46,929 nucleotides of DNA from a virus (Duplodnaviria; Caudoviricetes). The notes under the pieces were generated by a model. That model saw nothing but the letters and a program-made list of their open reading frames with translations, did no database searches and was not told where the DNA came from. Of this stretch, positions 9,170 through 19,120 are shown piece by piece. The translations under genes and the position numbers were made by a program. The stretch spans positions 1-46,929 of IMG/VR virus record IMGVR_UViG_3300017716_001704; one strand, 5' to 3'. Positions within the stretch are counted from its first letter, which is position 1. Every line of letters begins with the position of its first letter.

Positions 9170-10419
9170 TACGGGTTCAGCCTTTCTTGCTTCCGGGCTT
9201 TTCTGATACGTTCTTCGATGCCGTGGTTGGAAATACGTTCTTGGCCGTTGCCTCCAACTGCATACACGATGCCGTCGTGTCCGACAACTGCTACTTCCGG
9301 GTCCAGCCGTACGACAGTGCCTTCCAGCGCGCCCTTGGTGAAGCTGCGGCCTTGGAACTGCGCGAACGGCGCGTCACCGTCGCCAGACAGGTAGAATGCG
9401 TCCGTGGACTGCTTGTTGAAGCACCAGAACTGGTCGCCAATCGTCGTCAGGTTTACGCCCTCGTCAGGCAGGCTTTCCGACGAAAAGAAGTCCAGCGGGT
9501 CGATAAGCGTCTCGCCGGGGCGGATGAAGTAAATGACTTGGCTGTTTGCCACGAGGCACAGCAGGAAGCCCCCGAGCACGCACAGCGACACGATGGCGAC
9601 ATCGTCCGGGGTCGGGATGCCTGACAGCGCCAGCGCCGCACCGCCCGACATGGTCGCACCGCCGAACGTGGCGTTCACCATCGTCTCGGTGGTCGTGTAT
9701 GCGTTGCCGACGATGCCGCCGAAGCGCGCATAGAACGTGAGGGTGTAGTTGGGGCCTGCGCCGACAATCTTCGGGTTGAAGTCGCACAGGATGAAAGTGT
9801 TCGGCAGCGTGCCGAGGCCGTACGCCACGCCGATAGTCTCGGGTATGCTGTTGACGGCATCAGCAAGGTTCTGGAGGCTTTCCTCTAGGGAAGACCCGAT
9901 CAGCACAGAGCCCGCGCCGCCGAGCACGGTGTTGAAGGTGTACACGAACCCGTTCAGGGTCACAGTCTCGCCGTTCGAGACAGCGCCGGTGCCGGTCAGG
10001 ATGGCGGTGGCGCGGCTGCCGACGCCGTCAAAGAACTGGAGCGTCGAGCCGTCCGCGATGAACAGGTACTCGTCTGTGCCCGCCATGGAGGGGGTCGAGG
10101 GCGAGTTGTCGATGTTGCCCGGAATGTTGGTCTTCACGCCCGCCTTAGTGTAGCGAAACAACTGGTTCCCAGACACGATGAAAGCGTCACCGTTGAAGGT
10201 GCCTTCCTGCGAGAAAGTGTTGCGAATGGGGCCTTCACCGAAGGCGTTGAGGTCGATGGTGCCGGGCCGCGACAGCAGCGCCACCCCGTCCACGACGTTC
10301 GACGGGTTGTTTTCGAGAAAGCGGTTAATGAGCTTGATTTCCGGCATTTTGCCGTACTGGCGTTTGTACGCGCCAACACCAAGCGGAAGGGGGTTCGGTT
10401 GCGGTGTGTCTTCAGCCAT
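9169..10419 (-). CDS. Tail hub / DNA stabilisation protein, N-terminal part (P22 gp10-like) with inserted domain
   Basis: 'L..RPG','GPIR','DPLDF.S.ES.PD' and 'RIS.H.IE..I' motifs; follows the adaptor gene. Confidence 0.65.
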   Translation of the reverse strand: MAEDTPQPNPLPLGVGAYKRQYGKMPEIKLINRFLENNPSNVVDGVALLSRPGTIDLNAFGEGPIRNTFSQEGTFNGDAFIVSGNQLFRYTKAGVKTNIPGNIDNSPSTPSMAGTDEYLFIADGSTLQFFDGVGSRATAILTGTGAVSNGETVTLNGFVYTFNTVLGGAGSVLIGSSLEESLQNLADAVNSIPETIGVAYGLGTLPNTFILCDFNPKIVGAGPNYTLTFYARFGGIVGNAYTTTETMVNATFGGATMSGGAALALSGIPTPDDVAIVSLCVLGGFLLCLVANSQVIYFIRPGETLIDPLDFFSSESLPDEGVNLTTIGDQFWCFNKQSTDAFYLSGDGDAPFAQFQGRSFTKGALEGTVVRLDPEVAVVGHDGIVYAVGGNGQERISNHGIEERIRKARKQERLNP

Positions 10420-10422
10420 GGC

Positions 10423-11178
10423 TTAGCCCCACGGCTCCCAGCCGGGGCCTCCGTACGACTGATAGCTGTTGAACACAGCCGCGTCGGGGAAGTTGGCGGT
10501 CGGCACTTCCTGCGCGTAGCGGGCCTTGAACTGCTTCATGCCGTTCGTGGCGATGCCCGCCGTGATGGCGTTCGGCTCTTTGCCGTAGAGCGGCGCAAGT
10601 CGTACGGCAAGCAGCGCGACCCAAAAGTCGTCAAAGCTGTCGGGGAACTGCATTTCGTCCGTGCTCGCCAGCGGGAACTCCATGGCGATCCAGTTGGCGA
10701 GGTCCGCCCGGTACAGCCACAGCAGCGGGGCCGTCGGGTTTGTGTTGATGATGATGGACTGCGCGCCTTCGATCAGCCTGCCGTTGCCGGACAGCGTCAG
10801 CGGGTAGGTCGTGAAGTCCGCGCCCACGTTGACGAGGCCCATGCGGGCTCCGTCCGGCGGCACGTTCTGGAAATAGACAGTGAAGGGCTGCGCGAGGTTC
10901 GCGACCAGCAGGCGCGCGTTCGGCGGCGGACCTTGGTAGTCTGTCGCGGACTGCGACGGGTTCGCCGGGTAGAGCGGGAAGCGGTTGTTGATGGTTCCGA
11001 CGTACGGCACATTCCAGTCGAGCAGCAGTTCGCCCTCGTCTGTGCCGAGCATCGACCTGACGAGGCCGTTCAGATAGTCAAGAGCCTCCGTAGCTTGCGC
11101 CACGGAGGGTGTCTTGCCAATCGCGATAAGGTTGTTCTCGCGAAAGCAGCGGTCAACGATACGGCCCGCCGTGGTCAT
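10423..11178 (-). CDS. Head-tail adaptor (P22 gp4-like)
   Basis: 'MTTA..I...........G..P......AL..LN' N-terminus and 'LAVRLAP.YG' motif; synteny. Confidence 0.7.
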   Translation of the reverse strand: MTTAGRIVDRCFRENNLIAIGKTPSVAQATEALDYLNGLVRSMLGTDEGELLLDWNVPYVGTINNRFPLYPANPSQSATDYQGPPPNARLLVANLAQPFTVYFQNVPPDGARMGLVNVGADFTTYPLTLSGNGRLIEGAQSIIINTNPTAPLLWLYRADLANWIAMEFPLASTDEMQFPDSFDDFWVALLAVRLAPLYGKEPNAITAGIATNGMKQFKARYAQEVPTANFPDAAVFNSYQSYGGPGWEPWG

Positions 11179-11181
11179 GGC

Positions 11182-11541
11182 TTACTTCGCCAGTTCAGCG
11201 AGGGCTTCGACCAGTTCTGCGTCCGTCACTTCAGCGTCGATGTCATAGCCCGCTTCTTCAAGCTTGGCGATGGCTGCCGTACGGTCGAAGGTTTCGGCTT
11301 CGGCGGCTACGGCGGTCGCCATGGCAGCTTTCAGCGCGGTTTCTTCCGGGGCCTTTTCGGCTTTCTTGCCGCTTTTCTTCACGACTGGCGCTGCCGGTGC
11401 GCCGACCAGCGACGGGTGCGTGGCGAAGCCTTCGGAAAGGGCCTGCTTGTCTTCATCAGCGTTCGCCACAACGCGCAGCGCGCCGTTCGGGCCATGCCGG
11501 TGGGCGGGATAGGGGTGATCGGCTGGGTTGTAGAGTGCCAT
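11182..11541 (-). CDS. Hypothetical protein
   Basis: 119-aa ORF with RBS (GAGAGGA), between capsid and adaptor genes. Confidence 0.7.
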   Translation of the reverse strand: MALYNPADHPYPAHRHGPNGALRVVANADEDKQALSEGFATHPSLVGAPAAPVVKKSGKKAEKAPEETALKAAMATAVAAEAETFDRTAAIAKLEEAGYDIDAEVTDAELVEALAELAK

Positions 11542-11586
11542 GTGCGTTCCTCTCGGGGGTTTGGCCTTAGATCAGTGAACCTGACA

Positions 11587-11616
11587 CAAAAGAGGCCCGG
11601 TTTCAAGCCGGGCCTC
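11587..11616 (-). terminator. Intrinsic terminator after major capsid gene
   Basis: GAGGCCCGG/CCGGGCCTC stem followed by TTTT on the minus strand. Confidence 0.8.
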
Positions 11617-11637
11617 CCTGTGTTTCGTGGCCTTCGC

Positions 11638-12933
11638 TTAGAAGCCGCTGAAGCGTGTTCCGAGCAGAGGATCGACGTTTTCAGCGCCGTAGATGCAGTC
11701 CCAGCGGTGGATGTGCGCGCCGGTGGCGATGTCAGAGCCGCGCCAGTAGCGGATGCTGATGCCCGTTTCCGGGTCGCTGGCGAAGCTGGAGACGCCGGTG
11801 GCCGGGGTCACAAGCTGGGCCGACACAAGCTGGATGGACGACTTGTGCCATGCGGCGCGCTGGCTGAAGCTGGACGAGGCGTTGCCTGCCCACGACAGAA
11901 CCGCAGCGTTGGCCGGGATGGCCGAGCAGGTCGCGAAGGACGTGTTGACGCGCTGAGTTTGCAGCGAGCCGCCAGTGTTCGGGACGATGATCGGCGGGCT
12001 GATCGTCAGCGTGACTGCGCCAGCGCCGTCGGCAACAGCATCGGCTGCGACCGTGAACTGCATGAGTTCCGCCGAGCCGGTGGAACCAGTGACAGTCTGT
12101 TGCGTACGCGGGTTGATGCGGAACACGTTCGGGATCGTGAACACTTCGCCTTTGCGGAACGTAGCGTTCGCGCCAGCGGAGTTGAGGATCAGGGACTGCG
12201 TCATCGTGTCCTTGACCGTGTCGTAGTTCACGTTCTGGTTCGCGCCGTTGATGGCGGCAGCGGCTGCCTGCGCGCGCGTGCCGGTCGTGAGGACCGACGG
12301 AGACTGCGTGCGGTAGTAGTCGATGTCCGACAGCATCGGAACCTTCGCCTTTTTCATGGCGTTGGCCGCTTCGGTCGTCATGAACTTGTCGATCAGGTTC
12401 GACTGGACGCCAGCGTTGTCGTTGATGGTCATGAAGCCGACACGGTCCGTCGAGGGAACCGCGAGGTTTTCGAGACGGGTCCAGACCGGGATTTCCTGTT
12501 GCACAGTGGACAGAGGCAGGTCGGTAGCGATTGCGCCGGGCGCGTTAACCCACGACGGGAACTTCTGAACGAAGGTGTGCAGGTAACTGTCGATGCCCTG
12601 TGCGAGCGCCGACGCCGCAGACTTCATCGTCTGGGCTTTGATGAGTTCGTTGTAGGACTGGACGTACTGGAGGTCCGTGATCGAGATGTGGACGTTCGAG
12701 TACTGGTCAACGTCGATGGACGTCGAGCCGGTCACGATGTCTTGCAGGTCGAGGTTCGGACCCGAGGTCATTACGAAGCGCGGAGGGCGCTTGACGCTGA
12801 TCTTCAGGCCGTTCTTGTCCGTGACTTGGTTCGTGAACTTCGTGTCCACGAGCTTGCCCATGACGAGGGCGTTTTTGACAAGCAGGAGCATGACGTTCGC
12901 ATACACTTGCTCGTTGAGAAATTGGTTAGCCAT
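11638..12933 (-). CDS. Major capsid protein (P22 coat family)
   Basis: 431 aa, 'MAN.FL...' start, 'GDV/GEVFTI..V..INP.T', C-terminal 'R.D.IYG...V.P.L'. Follows scaffold, ends at a terminator. Confidence 0.9.
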   Translation of the reverse strand: MANQFLNEQVYANVMLLLVKNALVMGKLVDTKFTNQVTDKNGLKISVKRPPRFVMTSGPNLDLQDIVTGSTSIDVDQYSNVHISITDLQYVQSYNELIKAQTMKSAASALAQGIDSYLHTFVQKFPSWVNAPGAIATDLPLSTVQQEIPVWTRLENLAVPSTDRVGFMTINDNAGVQSNLIDKFMTTEAANAMKKAKVPMLSDIDYYRTQSPSVLTTGTRAQAAAAAINGANQNVNYDTVKDTMTQSLILNSAGANATFRKGEVFTIPNVFRINPRTQQTVTGSTGSAELMQFTVAADAVADGAGAVTLTISPPIIVPNTGGSLQTQRVNTSFATCSAIPANAAVLSWAGNASSSFSQRAAWHKSSIQLVSAQLVTPATGVSSFASDPETGISIRYWRGSDIATGAHIHRWDCIYGAENVDPLLGTRFSGF

Positions 12934-12960
12934 AGCTCGATGCCTTTCCGGGGCTGTTTG

Positions 12961-14076
12961 TTACTGGTTTGCTTTCCGTGCAGCGTCTTCAGCCTTCATC
13001 ATGGCTTCGAACGCAGCGAAGTCTTTGGTGCCAGCGTCAGGCTTGAACTGTCCGCCCGCCCCTCGCACTTGCGACATGGGTTTGGGTGCAGACGGCATAT
13101 GCCCTGCCGCTCCGTCCTTGACCCCGCTTTTGGGCTTGTCGCCCGACGGTTGCGAGAACCGAACTTCCAGCTTGCCGAACTCCGCAGCCTGACGGGTGAG
13201 CGGGAGGTCGAAAATCCTTTGGCTTTCCGCAGGATCGCTTGCTAAGTGATAAAGTACGTCATGGCCCACATCACTGTCAACAGCCATTTCCCACATTTGT
13301 TTCGAAAGTTTCCAGTCTGAAGTGGACTTCAGTACCTTATCTTCGAAATCTGCATTAGCAGCCGCGCCTTTTTCGATGGTACCGCCCCAGCGGGTCGTAC
13401 GTTCGGCTTCGACCGCGCGCTCTGCGTCGGCCTGTGTCTTAGCAGCCTCTTTGGCCTCGCGCTTGGCGAGGGTCTGTTCGACGCGCCACTCCACGAGGGC
13501 TTCCTGATAGTTCGGGTCGTACTCGCCAAATTCGAAGTCTTCAGCGCTGGGCTTGCCTTCCGCCGTGACAGGGGCGGGCTGGTCGGTCTTGGGCGCTGCC
13601 TTGGCCGTGGGCTTGCCGCCGTTGGCCTCCAGTTCCGCCGCGCGGGCTTCGGCATCTTCGGCGCGCTGGAGCGCGGCGCGCTCGCGGGCGTCGGCTTCGT
13701 GACGCTGGCGGGTAAGCTCCCCGAGACGGGCTTTCAGGCTGACCTTTTTAGGGCCTTTACCGGCTTCCGCAGCGGCAACTTCCTCGGCTGTAGGCGGGGT
13801 TTCTTCGCCCTCGTCTTCATCTTCCGTGGTCGCGGCAGCAGCAGCCGCGGCTTCCGCAGCCTTGGCCTGATCTTCTATCTGTGACGCCGGGCGCACGCCG
13901 CCGTCGGTTTCGATGGTGGCCGCACCGGCTGTAGGGTTCTCGTCTTTCGACATCTGGGCTTCGAAGTCCGCGAAGCTCGTGAAGCCTGCTTCATCGTTCG
14001 TTGCCGCAGCCGCGCCGGGCGGGACAGTGCCGCCGTCGTTGCCGTTGTTGACAAGTCCTGCTTTTGAAAAGGCCAT
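12961..14076 (-). CDS. Scaffolding protein
   Basis: Acidic, Ala-rich coiled coil between portal and capsid; 'V.YHLA..P.E..RI......QA.E.GKLE' motif. Confidence 0.8.
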   Translation of the reverse strand: MAFSKAGLVNNGNDGGTVPPGAAAATNDEAGFTSFADFEAQMSKDENPTAGAATIETDGGVRPASQIEDQAKAAEAAAAAAATTEDEDEGEETPPTAEEVAAAEAGKGPKKVSLKARLGELTRQRHEADARERAALQRAEDAEARAAELEANGGKPTAKAAPKTDQPAPVTAEGKPSAEDFEFGEYDPNYQEALVEWRVEQTLAKREAKEAAKTQADAERAVEAERTTRWGGTIEKGAAANADFEDKVLKSTSDWKLSKQMWEMAVDSDVGHDVLYHLASDPAESQRIFDLPLTRQAAEFGKLEVRFSQPSGDKPKSGVKDGAAGHMPSAPKPMSQVRGAGGQFKPDAGTKDFAAFEAMMKAEDAARKANQ

Positions 14077-14077
14077 C

Positions 14078-16375
14078 TTATTTCTCCGCTTTGGGTTTCT
14101 TGGGTTCAGGGCGCTCGTGGTCCGGGCCGCTCATGACGACTTCGGCTTCATCGGGCGGGTTCAGTTCGTGCAGCAACTGCGCGATGTTGATGTGGCGCTG
14201 GTCGGTGGCCGCGGCGTTGTCGATCTGCGCGCGCTCGTTCTGGAGACGCTGCGCTTCCAAGTTGCCTTCCATGAGCGGGTCTTCCTCGACCATGCCCACG
14301 GTGCCAATCTCGGCTTCGATCTTGGCCGTTTCCGCGATGGTCTTCTCTGCCGTCATGAGGGTGCCGACCGCCGTAGCGTTGGTGGCTTTCTCTTGGGCTT
14401 TGAGGAGCGCCGTACGTGCCGCGAGTTCCGCGATCTTGTGCGAAATCTCAGCCATTTCAAGCTCTTGCATCTTAAGCTGGAGGGCTTCGGCCATCTGCGC
14501 CTTCTGCTGCGCGGACGCCATAGCCTGCTGTTCCTGCGGCGTGAGGTCGCCGGGGTCCATTTCCTGTGCGGCCAGCGGGTTCGCTTTCTTGAGGCGTTTC
14601 GAGATTGCCTCTGCGCCCGGCCAGTCCATGTTCTCCACCATGAGGTCCAGCGCCGGGGCCATGGCCTCCGGGTTGGCGTTCTGCATCGACATCATGCTTT
14701 CGACAGCCTCGACGCGGCGGGTCGTGTACGACGGGCCGGTCGTGACGGTGATGCCGTACGACCCTTCCTTGACGTCCACACCGCCCTCTTGGTTGATCTT
14801 CTGAACGTCGGCCTTGCCGTCTTCACCGATCACGCGGACGATGCGCGCCGTGTCGTAGAAGTCTGGGAACACCTCGTTGATCGTACGACCCAACTCCTCG
14901 ATAGAGTTGTTCAGGTTCGAGAAATAAATGACCGAGCCAAGCTCAGACACGCGCTGACGGGCGTTTACGGCTTTTCCTGACACTTCGTTGGATGTTTGTC
15001 CGAGTGCCGCCTCGTGCATGTTAAGCACGTCCTTGATATCCTGAGTTGCCATGTTGGCCTCTTGGATCAGGGCGGGCTCGATCTGCGCAGGCTGTACTTC
15101 CTGCGGTTCTTGTCCACTGTCGCCGTTCCACAGCAGCAGCGGGTCGTCTGTCAGGTGGCTGTTGCGCCACTTGCTTTCGAAGCCCTGTACGGCTTCCTTG
15201 GTCGCCTTCCACTTCGCGCGGGGCGACTGCATCAGCTTTTCAACGATGACGGAACGCCAGTAGTTGTGGATGCGCTGCGGGTCTTTGGCGAAGCGGACCA
15301 TGCCGAAACGGTGACGCTCGTCACCAATGAAGATTTCCCAGCCGGGAACCCGGAACACCGGCACGCGCGAGGTGTTCAAGCGTGTGGGGCCTTCTAGGAT
15401 GTTGGTGGCCGACAGCTTGTAGACTTCGCAGTACGGGCGCATGGTTTCGCGCTTGTAGACTTCGTTCGTGACCGGGTTGACGGCGATCTTGCCCTCGTAC
15501 GTCGCAGGGTCTTGGCCGGTGACGTCGATCACCTTGCCGCTTTCCGCGAGCATGATGACGGTGCGCTTTTCGTGGCACATACGGTAGAACTTGGTGATGC
15601 GGACGGTATCGACCGTGTACCAGCCCGTCGCGGTCAACTGCGCGAGGTAGCTCATGTCGCCGCCGAACTCGCCCATCTGCGCCCATGGGTAGGCTTTCTT
15701 GTAGGCTTTGCGGCTGACGCGCTCCTCAACGAAGGCGTGCGCCGCGTCCCGGCCTGTCGGCTCGATAGCGATGTGGTCCCACACGACAGCGGTCGCGTCA
15801 GGGATGCGGACGATTTTCAGGTCTTGGTAGAAGACGTCGTACTTGGCGTAGCAGTGGTCGAGGGCGAAGTTGCCCAAGCCGCCGATGAGGCTGCACTGGA
15901 GGGCTGTGTCGTACGCCTGTTCGGCCTTGGACTGTTTCTCGATGCCGCGGATGATGCCCTGCCGTACGCGGGCCTTTTCCTTGGTGCCGCCCTCGTCAGG
16001 GATGACTTTGATGACGGTTTCGTTGAGCAGGCGGTTGCCCATGACCTGTGCGATGAACGCAGGCAGGCGGTTGATGGTCATGACGGGCTTTTTGGCCGCG
16101 AGCCTGCGGCGCTCCGTGGTCGCGTCCCACTGCTTGCCGATCACGAACCGGGCGTCGTCCACCATAGCTTCCGTGTTCAGGAAGTCTGCGGTGACGTCGT
16201 CGTTGTAGGTCTGGACGGCATACCGGAGGAAGGCTTGCTCGTCGTCAAAGCCCTCGGGGAGCTTGAATTTCGGGGCTTCGGGTACGGGCTTGCCGTCGTC
16301 GTCAACACGCGCGTTTTCGTCCGTCGTGATAACAAAGCTATCGCGGACGATTGGTGTGTTGATTAGCTCTGCCAC
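14078..16375 (-). CDS. Portal protein (P22-like)
   Basis: 765 aa; 'G.QW','TINRL','G.VR.AKDPQR..NYW.S','SGKA..ARQ','GPSY.TRR.E' motifs and a C-terminal coiled-coil barrel. Confidence 0.92.
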   Translation of the reverse strand: MAELINTPIVRDSFVITTDENARVDDDGKPVPEAPKFKLPEGFDDEQAFLRYAVQTYNDDVTADFLNTEAMVDDARFVIGKQWDATTERRRLAAKKPVMTINRLPAFIAQVMGNRLLNETVIKVIPDEGGTKEKARVRQGIIRGIEKQSKAEQAYDTALQCSLIGGLGNFALDHCYAKYDVFYQDLKIVRIPDATAVVWDHIAIEPTGRDAAHAFVEERVSRKAYKKAYPWAQMGEFGGDMSYLAQLTATGWYTVDTVRITKFYRMCHEKRTVIMLAESGKVIDVTGQDPATYEGKIAVNPVTNEVYKRETMRPYCEVYKLSATNILEGPTRLNTSRVPVFRVPGWEIFIGDERHRFGMVRFAKDPQRIHNYWRSVIVEKLMQSPRAKWKATKEAVQGFESKWRNSHLTDDPLLLWNGDSGQEPQEVQPAQIEPALIQEANMATQDIKDVLNMHEAALGQTSNEVSGKAVNARQRVSELGSVIYFSNLNNSIEELGRTINEVFPDFYDTARIVRVIGEDGKADVQKINQEGGVDVKEGSYGITVTTGPSYTTRRVEAVESMMSMQNANPEAMAPALDLMVENMDWPGAEAISKRLKKANPLAAQEMDPGDLTPQEQQAMASAQQKAQMAEALQLKMQELEMAEISHKIAELAARTALLKAQEKATNATAVGTLMTAEKTIAETAKIEAEIGTVGMVEEDPLMEGNLEAQRLQNERAQIDNAAATDQRHINIAQLLHELNPPDEAEVVMSGPDHERPEPKKPKAEK

Positions 16376-18004
16376 TTACAGTCCCATCCATGCATTAGCT
16401 TCGGCGGTGGCGAAAGGGTCCACGACTTCCCCGGTATCGCGCACTTCGACATAGCTGTCAATGATGCCGGGGTCTGGGACAGGCTTCGGCTCCTGCCAAT
16501 TCGAAAAGTACGTTAGGTCAGCAAAGGTTAGCGCTAGGGCGTCCGCCAAGTCTGGCGAGCGCAGGCCCTTGGCGCGCATTTCGGCCTTCGACATGAGTTG
16601 CAGGTCGTTGCTCAGCGTAGGCTTGATCGGGGTTGCCGTAAGGTCAGCCTGCAAGTCATCGCGGTCAGGGATTTGCGGGCCGTCTTCCATCTCCAGCCAC
16701 CGTTTCAGCCGCTCGTGCATCTCGGCCCGGCGGTTGATCGGCCCGGCCACTTTCGGGCGCGCGTGCTTCGCCTGCGACTTGGAACCGAAGTTGACCGCGT
16801 GCGTTACAGTAGCGAACTCCGGCCCCGCCGCGCGGAGGAAGTTGATGAGGTAGCGCCCAATGCCGCCACTGTCGATGTACACAGCCGCTGGCCGGTCGGA
16901 CCTGATGATATCCTTGATCCACTGTAGGGCCTCGGGCTCGCCAATGCCCAAGCGGAAGTCCAGCTTGGTGCACTTGTGACCGCGCCGCCACGCGATAGCG
17001 AAGCGGTCGCCGCCGTCGCCAGCGGGGTCCACGCCTATCACGAGCGGGCCGGAGGCTTCCAGCTTGCGCTTGCGGGCCTTCAGCACAGTCAGTGGCTTGA
17101 TAAGGCTCGATTTGTCGGCAGACTGGAACGCCTCGTCAGGCGTGGCAGGGTACTCCTGCTTGAACTTGCCCATAGAGCCAAGCTCTTGGATTTTGTAACG
17201 CCGCCAGCACATCTGTTCGAGGTCGAGGCCGAACGCTGCTGCGTACTCCGCCTCAGACATCTCGCCTTCCTCAGACGTCACGTCCAGTTCGAAAGCCTCT
17301 GGCAAGGAACGACGGTATTCAGTTGACCAGTACCACGGCACGAAAATTGCTATGTAATCGCCAATCCCAAGGACAGCGTCTTGCCACTTTTTGAAAAATT
17401 CGCCGTCTGTGCCGTTGGCGGTGCTTTCGAGGATTACTTCTGTGCCCGGCAGCAGCGCGACGGTCTGCACGGACGCCGCAAAGTGTTCGGTGTCGGATTT
17501 CCAGAAGGCGACTTCGGAGCCGTGGAACAGGGTGTTGTTCTGGCCGCGGCCCGCGCCTTTAGACCCTGCGGTAGCGACCGCGTACTTGGACTGAAGCTTC
17601 TCGAAAGACAGTTCCTTGACGCTGGAGCGGCCCGTTACAGGCGCGACAGGGTTCCCGCGGTGATAACGGTCCACCATCTGAAAGATGGCGTCGGCGGAGG
17701 CTTGCTCGTGCGACAGGATGAAGGCGTGTTGGTTTTTAAAGAGCGAGGTGCGCCAGTAAAACCGCCCCTCTACGTAGGTCGATACGCCCTGCTGGCGTCC
17801 TTTCAGAACGAGGCATCGGACGTAGCCGCGCTCCGCCTTCTGCTGCTCGATACGCATGTGGACGTATTTCTGCGGCTCGTTTAGCACGAACGGCACGACC
17901 TGCGAGCCCTTGTCGCGGATTTTCAGGCACTGCCTCGCAAACATGGTGAAATCGCTCCGCCAGACGCGGACGCGCTCGATTACCTGTGCGGGTGACATTG
18001 CCAT
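16376..18004 (-). CDS. terL: Terminase large subunit
   Basis: 'LKGRQQGVST' Walker A, 'FHGSEVAFW' Walker B, 'ESTANG', 'GVDPA..G.D' and 'SPD.ADALALTF' nuclease motifs. Confidence 0.95.
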   Translation of the reverse strand: MAMSPAQVIERVRVWRSDFTMFARQCLKIRDKGSQVVPFVLNEPQKYVHMRIEQQKAERGYVRCLVLKGRQQGVSTYVEGRFYWRTSLFKNQHAFILSHEQASADAIFQMVDRYHRGNPVAPVTGRSSVKELSFEKLQSKYAVATAGSKGAGRGQNNTLFHGSEVAFWKSDTEHFAASVQTVALLPGTEVILESTANGTDGEFFKKWQDAVLGIGDYIAIFVPWYWSTEYRRSLPEAFELDVTSEEGEMSEAEYAAAFGLDLEQMCWRRYKIQELGSMGKFKQEYPATPDEAFQSADKSSLIKPLTVLKARKRKLEASGPLVIGVDPAGDGGDRFAIAWRRGHKCTKLDFRLGIGEPEALQWIKDIIRSDRPAAVYIDSGGIGRYLINFLRAAGPEFATVTHAVNFGSKSQAKHARPKVAGPINRRAEMHERLKRWLEMEDGPQIPDRDDLQADLTATPIKPTLSNDLQLMSKAEMRAKGLRSPDLADALALTFADLTYFSNWQEPKPVPDPGIIDSYVEVRDTGEVVDPFATAEANAWMGL

Positions 18005-18318
18005 TAGAAAAACACCACGGCCCCGGTGGCCTCGGGCGGACGCTTTTTAAGCTCCGCACAGTACGTGTAGGGCTCGAATTTGCGCGTGTCCATGAACATT
18101 GCCGCTGCGTCAGCCGGGCCTTTCCACGCGTACCAGTGGCAATCTTTGGGCAACACTGTGACGGGCTCCACGAGGATTTTACCGAAGGTTTCGGCAAGGT
18201 ACTCGTAGGGGTCGAGTATGTCACCCTTTTTCTTCCGTCGTACGGCCTTGCGTTTCTTGACCTTTTTGGCGGGCTCTAGGTCGCTGATCGCGACTGCATT
18301 ATCGAGTTCGTCGCTCAT
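18004..18318 (-). CDS. Hypothetical protein
   Basis: 104 aa, AGGAGG RBS, coupled to terL. Confidence 0.7.
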   Translation of the reverse strand: MSDELDNAVAISDLEPAKKVKKRKAVRRKKKGDILDPYEYLAETFGKILVEPVTVLPKDCHWYAWKGPADAAAMFMDTRKFEPYTYCAELKKRPPEATGAVVFF

Positions 18319-18332
18319 GGTAGTCCTCCTAC

Positions 18333-18374
18333 AAAAAGCAATGGGGCCTGCGCCGGAGGAAACGCAGGCCCCAT
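18333..18374 (-). terminator. Intrinsic terminator
   Basis: 12-bp stem ATGGGGCCTGCG/CGCAGGCCCCAT then TGCTTTTT on the minus strand. Confidence 0.7.
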
Positions 18375-18412
18375 ACGGGCTAGTAAGGACACCAGTTCCC
18401 TGCCCGGAACTG

Positions 18413-19057
18413 TTAGCCGAAGCGCCAGTTGACGCCGTCGGAGAACGCAGGCGTGATGTTCGCGCCGCCGCCGGTGATGGTCGTGCCGACCGTGGCGGAG
18501 GCGAAGGCGGCGGAGGCGTCCGTGACGGTGGCGCGAGCGCCGACGCCAGCAGCCGCAGCCGTGCCGAGGGAGGCGAGAGTGCCTACCGGAACCGCTGGTT
18601 GGACGTCGATCAGGACGTCAACGAGGCCGTTCACGACGGTCTGGGCAGTCAGCGTGACCCCGATGCGGCGGACGCCAGCAGCGGGAAGCGCCACGATCTG
18701 ACCAGCAGCCGCGAGGCCGACTTCGACGCCTTCAGTGATGGCGGCGGAGGCGCGCAGCGTGGCAATCGGGTAGCCTTGCAGGACGATGGCGAACGTGTCG
18801 CCAGCCGAGAACGGTGCGTTGGGGTCTTTGCCGAACGTGGCGTTGTAGAAATCGCCGGGTTCGTAGTTGGCGGATGCGCCGGAGGTGAACTGCGCCGCTT
18901 TGCCGACGAAAAGGTCAGGGCGACCGTTGAGGCCGGTGATTGTCGCGGTCGGAACGTCGCCAACGGCGGTGTTCGACAGCGTGTAGGGGCTGTTGGCGAC
19001 CAGAGCGGCAGCCGGTTTGACCAGAACAATCTGGGGGTAGTACGGGGTCGAGGTCAT
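18413..19057 (-). CDS. Probable virion structural protein (capsid decoration-like)
   Basis: 214 aa, Ala/Thr/Gly/Val-rich beta composition, followed by its own terminator. Confidence 0.5.
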   Translation of the reverse strand: MTSTPYYPQIVLVKPAAALVANSPYTLSNTAVGDVPTATITGLNGRPDLFVGKAAQFTSGASANYEPGDFYNATFGKDPNAPFSAGDTFAIVLQGYPIATLRASAAITEGVEVGLAAAGQIVALPAAGVRRIGVTLTAQTVVNGLVDVLIDVQPAVPVGTLASLGTAAAAGVGARATVTDASAAFASATVGTTITGGGANITPAFSDGVNWRFG

Positions 19058-19120
19058 TTTCGTCTGCCTTTCTGGGCATTAAGTGGGCCAAGCACGCGCG
19101 TTCCCCGGCGGGGTTTTGTG

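Noticed and set aside
10399-13245. 948-aa plus-strand ORF
   Set aside because: Antisense to the capsid, scaffold and adaptor genes; Arg-rich shadow composition with no recognisable domain.
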